A DNA stretch of 63,450 nucleotides, filler included, from Octopus bimaculoides (Eukaryota), in NCBI RefSeq assembly GCF_001194135.2. It is 5 parts of 5 records of this genome, joined end to end, with 100 filler letters (N's around TTAATTAATTAA, not from the genome) between each part and the next. Parts side by side here need not be neighbours in the genome. Positions count along the whole stretch, not along the records: positions 16,593 to 48,272 come from NC_069003.1; 4 more parts are not named here. One strand, 5' to 3'. Numbering within the stretch: the stretch's first letter is position 1; the number at the start of each line of letters is the position of its first letter. Both the position numbers and the translations under genes were made by a program. Of this stretch, positions 21,096 through 33,029 are shown piece after piece. The notes beneath the pieces were generated by a model, which was given only the letters and a program-made list of their open reading frames with translations, did no database searches and was not told the DNA's origin.

Positions 21096-22049
21096 ACCTG
21101 GATTGTATTAAGCAGTTACTTGACTGATGCTGTTGCTATTGTGGTTGTTGATGGAGTTGATTCGCCTCAGGTCAGCTCTAATCAAGGAAACTATAATCGA
21201 AAGCATTCCAACAATGACCATCACTAAATATTTTTAGGCAATGAAGTACATTATCAGGTGAGTCCTTTTTTGCTTAAGACGGAAGGCTTTGATTTTGAAG
21301 GAGCTTTGGCTGCTGTTTCTAGCACACTCAGTGACCACATTGAGAGCTCTTTTGTTGACTCATCAGTGAGTGTGGTTATATGATAAGGTGATGACCTCAT
21401 TAAAATGATAGCGGATGTAATCAGCAGGGGGTCGTTGGCGTTAATTAGGACTTCAAATCTTTGACCCTCTCTCTCTCCGTCTATTTCTCCTTCACCCCTC
21501 CTCCTTTTTCTCTTTCTCCCTTTTCTCTCTTTTTTCTCTTTTTCTTTCTCTCACTCACTTTTACTTTCTTTCTCTCTCTCACTCTCTCTCTCTCACTGTC
21601 TCTGTCTCTCTCTCTGTCTGTCTCTCTCTCTCTCTCTCTATCTATCTGTCTGCCTGTCTATGTATTTATATCTGTCTGCCTGTCTCTTTGTCTGTCTTTA
21701 TCTACCATCTACCTATCTTTCTGTTTGTCTACTTATCTAGGTAGATCTGCAATAAATTTAATTTCATAAGACAATACACAAACAACTCAAATTTCAAGGT
21801 TTCAAATGCGATGTGACCCTAGGCAACACCATTTTAGTCTCCTGGAAGAGTTAATGAAGTTGCCATGTTATAGCTGTTTGTCTTGCTAGAAACAGCAGCT
21901 AAATCACTCACAAATCATGCCTTACTGTCTTAACAGGAAGAAAACGTTCGTCTTTTATATGCCTAAAACTAGAGTCATGCTTTGATTGGATTGGCTGCAA
22001 TGCTTTCATCTAAAAATACCCGGAAGTAAACAACAGCAACCTGCTGTTA

Positions 22050-22625
22050 TACGAGATAGAAGCGATAAACAGTGATGTGCACAAATACACACTTGTCACC
22101 AGCTGAAATATGCTTGAGGTGGATTCGAACCTGTAAGAAAATCATCCACTGAATTTTGGCATGGAGAAAATTTCTCACTGCGGACAGATAGATTTAAACA
22201 CACCAAATCAGTTCGCAGCGACTGCTAACCGGATTGAGGGACACAAGCATTTCGGGGTAATTATCCCTTCTTCAACACCAGACAATGGCAAGTTAGACGC
22301 TGTAAACTGACGAGAAAAACAAGTCTCTCTCGTTGTATCAGCGTCATTGTATGATGACAGGTCGCGCCGGTGGGCGGCTCACGTTAAATAGAATAAGAAA
22401 CGAAAGCACTTAGTAGCGATGTGTATAAATACAAAGTTGTGACCAATTGAAATATGCTTGAAGCATATTCGAACTCGTAAGAAAGCCATTCTGTGTATCT
22501 TGTCATGGAGAGAATTTTTAGCTCGAAGATAAATGAGTGTAAATTCACCGAATCAGCTCACAACGTCACTTGATCAGACTATGGGATGAATGCATTTCGG
22601 CGTGGTTATCTACTCTTCAGGTGCA
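22050..22625 (-). repeat. Diverged tandem duplication (period ~345 bp), each unit carrying a hammerhead-like motif
   Basis: 22065-22279 aligns with 22410-22624 (e.g. TGAAATATGCTTGA...ATTCGAAC..GTAAGAAA; GCATTTCGG...TTATC...TCTTCA). Confidence 0.75.
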
Positions 22626-22698
22626 GAGACCGGAAAGACCATCATATAACATGTTTGACATGCGCATTGTGTTTTTATTTAACACACACACACACACA

Positions 22699-22759
<61 letters not shown>

Positions 22760-22765
22760 GCACGC

Positions 22766-22805
<40 letters not shown>

Positions 22806-23292
22806 NNNNNNNNNNNNNNNNNNNNNNNNNNNNNNNNNNNNNNNNNNNNNNNNNNNNNNNNNNNNNNNNNNNNNNNNNNNNNNNNNNNNNNNNNNNNNNN
22901 NNNNNNNNNNNNNNNNNNNNNNNNNNNNNNNNNNNNNNNNNNNNNNNNNNNNNNNNNNNNNNNNNNNNNNNNNNNNNNNNNNNNNNNNNNNNNNNNNNNN
23001 NNNNNNNNNNNNNNNNNNNNNNNNNNNNNNNNNNNNNNNNNNNNNNNNNNNNNNNNNNNNNNNNNNNNNNNNNNNNNNNNNNNNNNNNNNNNNNNNNNNN
23101 NNNNNNNNNNNNNNNNNNNNNNNNNNNNNNNNNNNNNNNNNNNNNNNNNNNNNNNNNNNNNNNNNNNNNNNNNNNNNNNNNNNNNNNNNNNNNNNNNNNN
23201 NNNNNNNNNNNNNNNNNNNNNNNNNNNNNNNNNNNNNNNNNNNNNNNNNNNNNNNNNNNNNNNNNNNNNNNNNNNNNNNNNNNNNNNNNNNT

Positions 23293-23324
<32 letters not shown>

Positions 23325-23411
23325 TGATATATATACATAATACATGTATGTATGTATTTATATATGCATATATAATGTCTTTCTATTTATTTATCTGTCC
23401 ATATATATATA

Positions 23412-23443
<32 letters not shown>

Positions 23444-23484
23444 CGTGCGTATATATATATATACGTGTGTATATATATATATAT

Positions 23485-23515
<31 letters not shown>

Positions 23516-23538
23516 CGTGTGTGTGTGTATGTATATAC

Positions 23539-23577
<39 letters not shown>

Positions 23578-24017
23578 CACATTTATACATACATATATGC
23601 ATGTACGTACAAGTGTGTGCGTGCGTGTGTGTGTGTGTGTGTGTGTTTGTGTGTGCATATGTGTGTGCGCGTGTATGTGTAAGAATTTCGTATGACGGAA
23701 CTGCCGCGTTACTTCTCAGTATGTAGCCTTCAATGTATTTTTCATCCCAGCTGTTAATGTTTATAAAAGAAAATTCATTCCAATATTAATTAGTAGAGAT
23801 CCACATATACACATTAAATTGCATTATGTACATATCTGTAAATTATATTACGGATATAATATGCTGGAAACTTATGAGATTATATTATTTTGTTTGTCTT
23901 AACACGTCTCAAGTGCTAAAATTTATATGTAATCATTTTCTTACTGTTTTCTTATAATATTTGTTAAAATTTTAACATTCCTGTATTTGTTGTTTTTAAA
24001 TAATATTAATTAGCTTT

Positions 24018-24177
24018 TAAGGTGGGGAAATGCCAGAATTATTAGCACGTCGGGCGAAATGTTTAGCGGTATTTCGTCAGCTGCTACGGTCTGAGTTCAA
24101 ATTTCACCGAGGTCGACTTTGCCTTTCATCCTTTCGGGGTCGATAAATTAAGTACCAGTTGGGTACTGGGGGGGGGG
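24018..24177 (+). mobile_element. SINE family B
   Basis: GGCGAAATGTTTAGCGGTATTTCGTC...GAGTTCAAATTTCACCGAGGTCGACTTTGCC. Confidence 0.85.
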
Positions 24178-24956
24178 NNNNNNNNNNNNNNNNNNNNNNN
24201 NNNNNNNNNNNNNNNNNNNNNNNNNNNNNNNNNNNNNNNNNNNNNNNNNNNNNNNNNNNNNNNNNNNNNNNNNNNNNNNNNNNNNNNNNNNNNNNNNNNN
24301 NNNNNNNNNNNNNNNNNNNNNNNNNNNNNNNNNNNNNNNNNNNNNNNNNNNNNNNNNNNNNNNNNNNNNNNNNNNNNNNNNNNNNNNNNNNNNNNNNNNN
24401 NNNNNNNNNNNNNNNNNNNNNNNNNNNNNNNNNNNNNNNNNNNNNNNNNNNNNNNNNNNNNNNNNNNNNNNNNNNNNNNNNNNNNNNNNNNNNNNNNNNN
24501 NNNNNNNNNNNNNNNNNNNNNNNNNNNNNNNNNNNNNNNNNNNNNNNNNNNNNNNNNNNNNNNNNNNNNNNNNNNNNNNNNNNNNNNNNNNNNNNNNNNN
24601 NNNNNNNNNNNNNNNNNNNNNNNNNNNNNNNNNNNNNNNNNNNNNNNNNNNNNNNNNNNNNNNNNNNNNNNNNNNNNNNNNNNNNNNNNNNNNNNNNNNN
24701 NNNNNNNNNNNNNNNNNNNNNNNNNNNNNNNNNNNNNNNNNNNNNNNNNNNNNNNNNNNNNNNNNNNNNNNNNNNNNNNNNNNNNNNNNNNNNNNNNNNN
24801 NNNNNNNNNNNNNNNNNNNNNNNNNNNNNNNNNNNNNNNNNNNNNNNNNNNNNNNNNNNNNNNNNNNNNNNNNNNNNNNNNNNNNNNNNNNNNNNNNNNN
24901 NNNNNNNNNNNNNNNNNNNNNNNNNNNNNNNNNNNNNNNNNNNNNNNNNNNNNNNN

Positions 24957-25012
<56 letters not shown>

Positions 25013-25617
25013 TACATATACAAAATTATATATATATATACATGCACACTTTTACACATACAAGCATATACGTATGTAAGTATCCACGAATATCTACATG
25101 ATTTATCACACGCTGCATTGAAATGTACGATGCTAAATTATCTGCACTAATGTCACAAAAACCTAAATATTCCTAAAGAGCACACATACATAACTATAAT
25201 CTATGTCAGCAGACACAAATATATATCAATGTATATGTGTAAAGGCTTATATATACACGCCGGTTATAATATATACACATGTACATTCATATACCCACAC
25301 GTGCATCATTGTGCATGTCATACGTATACATGAAAACCTAATTACATACATATGTATTTGGATATGCTTATGCGCGCAAATATTCGTGTGCACGTGTACG
25401 AGTGTGCCTTTTTCCGTGTACGAACATATGATGAATATTCATTATGATGTTAAAAACATTCGAAGATGAATACCTTAATAACTTAATCTTTTGTAATCCA
25501 TTCAATCCACGGAAAGAATATGGAAATTTAGGAAAATGTACCCAAAGAAAACACAATTTCAAAACTCTGAAATTGAGCTTCGTATTGAGATGTGTATCGG
25601 TAGTGCTGCTCTTACAG

Positions 25618-25656
<39 letters not shown>

Positions 25657-25760
25657 AATGCGTGTGCGTGTCAATACGGTCATGTGTACAAAATTCTCTG
25701 CGTATGTATGTATATACATACAAACAAACATGTATATATGTACATATATGTAGATATGTA

Positions 25761-25805
<45 letters not shown>

Positions 25806-25822
25806 ATTATTATTATTACTAT

Positions 25823-25898
25823 TCAGGTTACTGACTGGAATCGAACTCGGAATCTTGGGGTTAGTATCCCGCGCTCTTAACTACTACGTCATATGCCC
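25823..25898 (-). mobile_element. tRNA-like (SINE-head) module with (TAA)n tail
   Basis: GGGCATATGACGTAGTAGTTAAGAGCGCGGG...GAGTTCGATTCCAG...; A- and B-box-like motifs; acceptor stem does not close. Confidence 0.7.
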
Positions 25899-25917
25899 TG
25901 GTTCTAAATTTCCCCAA

Positions 25918-25963
25918 GACACCTGATGAAGGCTGGAGGGTATATCAGCCGAAACGTTGTGTT
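25918..25963 (+). ncRNA. Minimal type-I hammerhead ribozyme motif (PLE/retrozyme type)
   Basis: GACAC-CTGATGA-A-GGCTG-GAGGGTATAT-CAGCC-GAA-ACGT-T-GTGTT; stem I GACAC/GTGTT, stem II GGCTG/CAGCC, palindromic helix III ACGT. Confidence 0.75.
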
Positions 25964-26037
25964 AAAAACAAACGAGAAGAGGACAAATATCCGTCAAATG
26001 TAAATAATGTAAATAATTTCTCATCTCTTAAATATAG

Positions 26038-26180
26038 AACTGGTACTTATTTAATCGACCCCGAAAGGATGAAAGTTAAAGTCGAGCTCGGTGGCACTTG
26101 AACTCAGAACGTAGCAACGGGAGAAATGCCGCTAAACATTTCCTCCGGCGTGCTAACGATTCTACCAGCTCACCACCTTG
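26038..26180 (-). mobile_element. SINE family B, 3'-truncated
   Basis: TGGTACTTATTTAATCGACCCCGAAAGGATGAAAG...CTCACCACCTT. Confidence 0.85.
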
Positions 26181-26809
26181 AGAGAGCATATCAAATAATG
26201 TGTAAAATAAACTAAGAATAATATAACTGCCCCTTATACCTCCATACCAGGTAACAAGCTGAAGAAATTATTGGTGACGTGCTCAACGAAAGCACACATT
26301 CACAGTCAGTAAGAGAAGTTATCTGAAAATAAAAACGGAGTAATTCGGGGTTCTAACCTACAGCCTACATTCGCGAGGTTCTGTATGATTACAATAGAAA
26401 ACAAGTTAATAGCAATACATGAATATACGATTTATATAATTATACAATGCGGCTGAGTAATATCATCGTTATAGTATAGAGACTGAAAGATGTCAAGAGG
26501 CACAAAGAATAGTTACAAAACAACATTATTCTACAAATTCTATATCAAAAACGTTTGAAATAAAAACGTATAGAGATACCATAACAACGTTTCAGATATT
26601 GTAACTAGTCAATGAATAAATAGACCGACTCATAGAATAATATACTAACAAATATAACATTATGAATATATGAAACATCACAGCTATTAAAATACATAAA
26701 AAATAAATGTACTGCATGAATCAAATGCGTTCTAAGTTATAAAATAGACGGGGAAAAGAAATAAGACAAAACTGCATAGAATCATAGGTTAACATTGATA
26801 ATACGATTT

Positions 26810-27015
26810 CAAATTTTGTCGCAAGGCCAGCAATTTTGTGGTAGTGTTATGTTAAGTCGATCATCTCGACCCCAGTATTTGAGTGGCATTAATTAAATCG
26901 ATCTCGGTAGGCTGAAAGGCAAAGTCGATCTGGGTGGAATTGAAATCAAAGCAATTAGAGAGATGCCGCCAACCATTTTGTCCGGCGTGCTAACGATTCT
27001 GCCAGCTTACCGCTT
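26810..27015 (-). mobile_element. SINE family B
   Basis: GGCAAAGTCGATCTGGGTGGAATTGAAATC...CCGGCGTGCTAACGATTCTGCCAGC. Confidence 0.75.
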
Positions 27016-27284
27016 TACTAACACACATATTATACTACGCAATGCTCACAAGCATAACGTTCTGAACATACATACATATTCACACTCACACACACACAAA
27101 CATACACACCCGTACATCCCCACATACACATACACATATATACGTACATACACACATATGCGCACATACATACGTATATACATACATACACACACATACA
27201 CACACAGATTCATACACGCACACATACGTACGTACGTATGTACATACATACATACATACATACATACATACGTAGTATATTAAA

Positions 27285-27788
27285 AGACTTCGGACAAAAA
27301 TCATGCCTCCTCATTGATATGACTGTCCCAATCGATATAAATGTATCTGTCAAGACCTACCAAAAACTGAAAAAGTATAAAGATCTTTAAATAGAAATTG
27401 GAAAAATGTGAAACTTCAAGACTAACACAATACCTGTTGTCATAAGAGCTTTAGGAATGATAGCAAAAGGGACAGATTGCTACCTAGCTCGTATACCAGG
27501 AAACCCCAAAATAGCAGAAATTCAAAAGATAGTGCTCATGGGAACTGTTCATATCCTACGTAAAAAACTTTCTATGTAATCTCAAATCTGTAAACAGACG
27601 CATAATTTCCTTATGTTTTCTTAAACATTCTCTCGAACAATACTTTGTGCAAAAACAAATATATGACACCCAAGGCATAACACCAACATGAACTTCTAAC
27701 TTGTTGTCTCTTGAGGTCTCTGGGTGAGACTTGGAGCCAACTTGTACAAATGCAAAGCAAAAGTCGACCATATAACAACAACAACAAC

Positions 27789-27822
<34 letters not shown>
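27285..27822 (+). mobile_element. R4/Dong-like RLE LINE 3' end with (CAA)n(TAA)n tail
   Basis: CLLIDMTVPIDINVSVKTYQKLKKYKDL*IEIGKM*NFKTNTIPVVIRALGMI...HILRKKLSM*, 3' UTR, then the tail. Confidence 0.85.
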
Positions 27823-27825
<3 letters not shown>

Positions 27826-27859
27826 TAAATAATGTAAAAGAGTAATGAGGGAGATTTGC

Positions 27860-28030
27860 AGTTCCGGGAATCATTTGACCGGGATTCGTAACTTTCTTTT
27901 TGTGCTTTGCTACTGAAGAAGGTTGAAAGGTAAGTTTTATCACAGAAAAAATTGAGCTCAGGTCAGAATTCATTGAACCAGAACAAATAACACGAACCGT
28001 TCTAACGATTTTGCCAGTTCACCGCCTTAA
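27860..28030 (-). mobile_element. SINE family B, decayed
   Basis: GAACCGTTCTAACGATTTTGCCAGTTCACCGCCTT. Confidence 0.5.
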
Positions 28031-28081
28031 TATATNNNNNNNNNNNNNNNNNNNNNNNNNNNNNNNNNNNNNNNNNNNNNN

Positions 28082-28128
<47 letters not shown>

Positions 28129-28175
28129 CAGACATAAACATATATGTGTTATGTGTAAGTGTCTGTGTGTGTGTT

Positions 28176-28410
28176 TGTGGTGTTTGTCCCACTACCGGTT
28201 GACAACCGGTGTGAGAGTGTTTACGTCCCCGTAACTTAGCGGTTCGGCAAAAGACACCGATATAATATGTACCAGGTTTTGAAAGAAACGAATATATATA
28301 TATATATATATATATGTATAAACACTGGCGACGACACATTTGACTAAACACAAAAATTCTTTAAGACGCTACTCCTGCATGGCCGCAGTTTAAAGACTGA
28401 AAACACTATT
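28176..28410 (+). mobile_element. SINE body module C with internal (TA)n
   Basis: GTTGACAACCGGTGTG...TTTACGTCCCCGTAACTTAGCGGTTCGGCAAAAG. Confidence 0.8.
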
Positions 28411-28592
28411 ATGTATATATTTTTTTTCTAAAATAATCCTACAGGGGTCTTAAAAGAATGTGTAGCTTTCCCATGGAATATTTGCGGGTTAGGAACAAAT
28501 GTGATATCAACAATAGTAAAACAGCAACAACAAGAACGACAAGAACAACAGCAACAACAATAACAAGATTTGCCTGTCTATTCAAATTTTTA

Positions 28593-28651
<59 letters not shown>

Positions 28652-29394
28652 TGTATGTATATGTATGTATATGTATGTTTTTGCTGTTGATTTTTACAGT
28701 AAATTGTGAAACCTCAGTGTTTAAACACAAGAACACAAGAATTAACCGATTTAGAAACATTATTGACACAAGAGTTGCACGCATTCGCAGTGAATGTTCG
28801 ACTTCAAAGTCACCGAAGCCAATTGTATATGTTTAAAAATCTATGTTTAAGTTGCTTTGATGTGTTCTTTGATATATGTTTTAAGGTATGTATTTAACGT
28901 CTGAGCTCACCCTCTCACTTTCCCTCCACCTCTCGCCTTTTCTCTGCCTTTGTCTCTGTTTCTCTGTATGAAAACGAAAGTGAAAGCAATTTCTAACATA
29001 ACTGTATAATCATACTGCAATGTGTACCAAATAATGTGACTAGCAGTCTCTCTGTCGGCCTTGGTGATAAGCATTCACTTGTTCGACCAAGTGAAAACCT
29101 ACGTGGGAAACTAACGGTGAAAATGGTGGAATTATTTCTCAGATATGCATAGCCGTTTCGCAGTTTTCAGGCTTGGGTGAATTAGTGCAGTGCAGTGCAT
29201 TGCAGCAAGCCGTCACTGGCGAGCGAGTAAGGCATGGTAGAATGGTAACATGGTAACATGTATAACGCTATGCTTTCGAAAATAGACATTTTTTTCCTCG
29301 GGTGCGTGTGTAGTGCCTAGCTAATATTGTCATGTCCTTGTTCCTGAACTACTTCACCCAGCTGGACATCTAGCATATGATCGCTACAGAGAGG

Positions 29395-29465
29395 AAGAGA
29401 CAAGCGGTTGACAAGCAATGCTGGGTGGGGGACAGACGCAGACACACAAAGACATACACACATAA

Positions 29466-29539
<74 letters not shown>

Positions 29540-29718
29540 ATGTATGTATATATATGACGGGAATCCTTCAGTTTCCGTCTACAAAATCCACTCACAAGGC
29601 TTTGGTCGTCCACAGGCTTTAGTAGAAGACACTTGCCAAAGGTTGCCACGTACTGGGACTGAAACCGGGATCATGTGGTTGACAAGCAAGCTCCTCACCA
29701 TACAGCCACCACTGCACC
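29395..29718 (-). mobile_element. SINE family A (head, microsatellite, start of module C); empty-target paralogue
   Basis: Minus strand GGCTGTATGGTGAGGAGCTTGCTTGTCAACCACATG...; contiguous with module C across (TA/TG)n. Confidence 0.85.
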
Positions 29719-30256
29719 TATCCACAGAACCACACCTGCGCATATCCACGCAGCCACGCTTGCTTGTCAAAAGCATTTTGATAAGGCTGAAAAGAATTCG
29801 ATATATGCATCATATGTGACGCATAGCCACCAGGTAAATACGTTCGGTGCATGAACATGTGATACACAGGAAAGGCAGGGTGTTAAATGCGCAATAGAAC
29901 TCCACGAGCAGAACTTCTAATATAAGGTATGGCAGAACAAAGGAAAATTCCAACAAACGAAGTGTGAGAGTTTATACTTTCGCCAACAACGAGTTTTTCA
30001 GTTGTTTATTATCGCCCTTCATCTGTAGCTCTTTTATGAACGAATATGCGTGATGCACGTGGCCATGGTTACTTAACGAAATCACCATCTTGCGATGCCA
30101 GTGTAGATTGCTTTCATACTATTTCGTTATAGATGAAATATTAATCTCTTAAAGGAAAGAAAAAATTCAACGTCAGAGAGAAAAGAGAAAAAACGAACAC
30201 CAATCGATTACATTAAAAATTTACATTCTATGTCACTTAAAAAAGTATATATACAA

Positions 30257-30293
<37 letters not shown>

Positions 30294-31322
30294 NNNNNNN
30301 NNNNNNNNNNNNNNNNNNNNNNNNNNNNNNNNNNNNNNNNNNNNNNNNNNNNNNNNNNNNNNNNNNNNNNNNNNNNNNNNNNNNNNNNNNNNNNNNNNNN
30401 NNNNNNNNNNNNNNNNNNNNNNNNNNNNNNNNNNNNNNNNNNNNNNNNNNNNNNNNNNNNNNNNNNNNNNNNNNNNNNNNNNNNNNNNNNNNNNNNNNNN
30501 NNNNNNNNNNNNNNNNNNNNNNNNNNNNNNNNNNNNNNNNNNNNNNNNNNNNNNNNNNNNNNNNNNNNNNNNNNNNNNNNNNNNNNNNNNNNNNNNNNNN
30601 NNNNNNNNNNNNNNNNNNNNNNNNNNNNNNNNNNNNNNNNNNNNNNNNNNNNNNNNNNNNNNNNNNNNNNNNNNNNNNNNNNNNNNNNNNNNNNNNNNNN
30701 NNNNNNNNNNNNNNNNNNNNNNNNNNNNNNNNNNATATATATATATACATAGATATAGGGAATTTTTCAAATTTCAAGTTTCCGTTTCCATATCCAAAAA
30801 TTAACAGGAAGCAGGAACAATTTGAAAAGAAAAACAACAATGAAAAATTACGTCGCCGATTTTTAGTATTTTTCATTAGTACAACTGTTCTCCGTTAGAT
30901 GTCACTGGTGCTGCTCGGTGCACAGTGCTGCAACTGGCAACTACTATAACGAATAGTTGCAGCTGTAAGGTCGGTGCAATATTTATACAGTGAAGAAACA
31001 CTTGAGAGCCATATGTTGGCCCGCGTCGCAGCGGAAGCTTCTTACACCGGATCTCACAGTCTTATGTGTGTCTTTGTCTCTCTGTTTGTCTAATTCTCTG
31101 CTTGTGCCCTATCTCATCCTCACCCCCTCTCTATTTCCGTCTCTTTTTATTTGTATCTCTCTCTCTCTCTCTCTCTTTTTTCCCTCTCTCACTCACTCTC
31201 TCTCGCTCTCTTTCTCTCTCACTCTCACTCACACTTTGTGTGTGTGCATGATGTCTCCCTGCCTATTTCAACATGCATTCCAATTTCTTTACTTTATGGC
31301 TCTCACTGGGTCTGTTCGTCTG

Positions 31323-31444
<122 letters not shown>

Positions 31445-31611
31445 TATATATGTATATGTATATGTATATGTGTGTATGTATATATGTACATAATATGTAT
31501 GCGTATGTATATATATATACATATACAAGTATGTACGTGTATATCATCAATCTGTATATGGATATATATATTTATATATGTATATGTTTGTGTAGATAGA
31601 TAGATAGATAC

Positions 31612-31649
<38 letters not shown>

Positions 31650-31984
31650 CTTTTTTATGTTTCATATGAGATCGATAAACTAAGTACGAAATCGAAACAA
31701 CGACCGGGTGGGAATATGTTATAATCGAAAAGAAGAAAGGAGACCCGTCACTTTGAGGACGGTATCTTCCATGAATGCAAATCCAATGAAAAATAATCAC
31801 GGAGTAAAAAAGTATTATGAAATTAAAAAAAAAAAAACTACAAAGAGAGAATAAAAACACACAAATAAACATAAATACTAAATTATAAACAAAACAATGG
31901 ACGAAAAACATTTAACAAAAGAACGATATCAGATTTAATTGATATTTAGATAAATATCAAAGTTCAGATTGTTATGGTGATGAT

Positions 31985-32071
31985 GAAGAAGAAGAAGAAG
32001 AAGAAGAAGAAGAAGAAGAAGAAGAAGAAGAAGAAGAAGAAGAAGAAGAAGAAGAAGAAGAAGAAGAAGAA
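31985..32071. repeat. (GAA)n microsatellite
   Basis: Directly visible. Confidence 0.98.
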
Positions 32072-32315
32072 GCTGAGGATGATGGCGATGATGTTGATGA
32101 AAAGTACATAACTGATGTTAAATGGTAGCTAATTTGCATATAGTTGCTAGGTAACCTCATCCGGTCAATATTTACTAACAAACACGAACATACATCAGCC
32201 TCATATTTTCTTGTTGTTTTTTTTTGGGGGGGGGGGCGGTTTACAGATTTGTTTTTGCTGTTGTTCTTCTTCTTCTTCATCTTGTAATAGTAGCTATTGT
32301 TAATGTTCTTGTAGC

Positions 32316-32387
<72 letters not shown>

Positions 32388-32389
32388 TT

Positions 32390-32590
32390 TGGCGCTAGGC
32401 CAGCAAGTTCGGAGAAGCGGATAGTCTATTAAATCGACTTCAGTGATCACTTGGTACTTATCTTATCGTTCTCAAAAGGATAAATGCCAAATTCAATCTC
32501 GGGAGAATTTGAACTCAGAACGTAAAAAAACGGACGAAATTCCGCAAAACATTTTTCCAGGCGGCTAAAGTTTCTGCAGTTACTCTCTTC
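32390..32590 (-). mobile_element. SINE family B
   Basis: GAATTTGAACTCAGAACGTAAAAAAACGGACGAAAT. Confidence 0.75.
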
Positions 32591-33029
32591 GTTGCTCCCA
32601 TTTTTGAAAGTTTGTGTTTTAGAAACTTATTTACGTAACTTATTTTGACACCTTTTTCCAGTTCTTTGTCAGCTATATGTGCGTCCCCACGTATGCGATC
32701 TATATAATTTTAGTTTCCTTTTTTTTATTTTATCCACTACAACAATGTCTGGTCTTCGGACACCTTTTAGGGAGTAATATTGGATTGTCAGATCCCACAG
32801 TTAGAATTTTCTTCAGGTCGAGTAGCCCATCCCGCTCAAAAGATCCCTGAATAAGGTTTGTTTAAGGATGTTCAGCAAAACACCCATGCTTCCAAAGGTG
32901 AATTATTTAAACCTCAAAGAATTCCTTCGATGACGAAGTTTTGAGCGATGATTACTACCGCTGTTGCCAATGACAACGTGAACAAAATGAACGTCAACGG
33001 GCGTCAAGAGTAAGAACAACGCCGCTGCC

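Noticed and set aside
21240-21265. Splice donor CAG|GTGAGT as evidence of an exon
   Set aside because: Lies in an interspersed repeat with an inverted paralogue nearby; no acceptor or open frame support.
22570-25079. Long ORFs of YI/HT/CV/X repeats (and similar ones throughout)
   Set aside because: Dinucleotide microsatellites and N gaps without stops.
25823-25898. True tRNA genes (also SINE heads at 44248 and 57001)
   Set aside because: A/B boxes are present but cloverleafs do not close and they continue into SINE bodies or tails.
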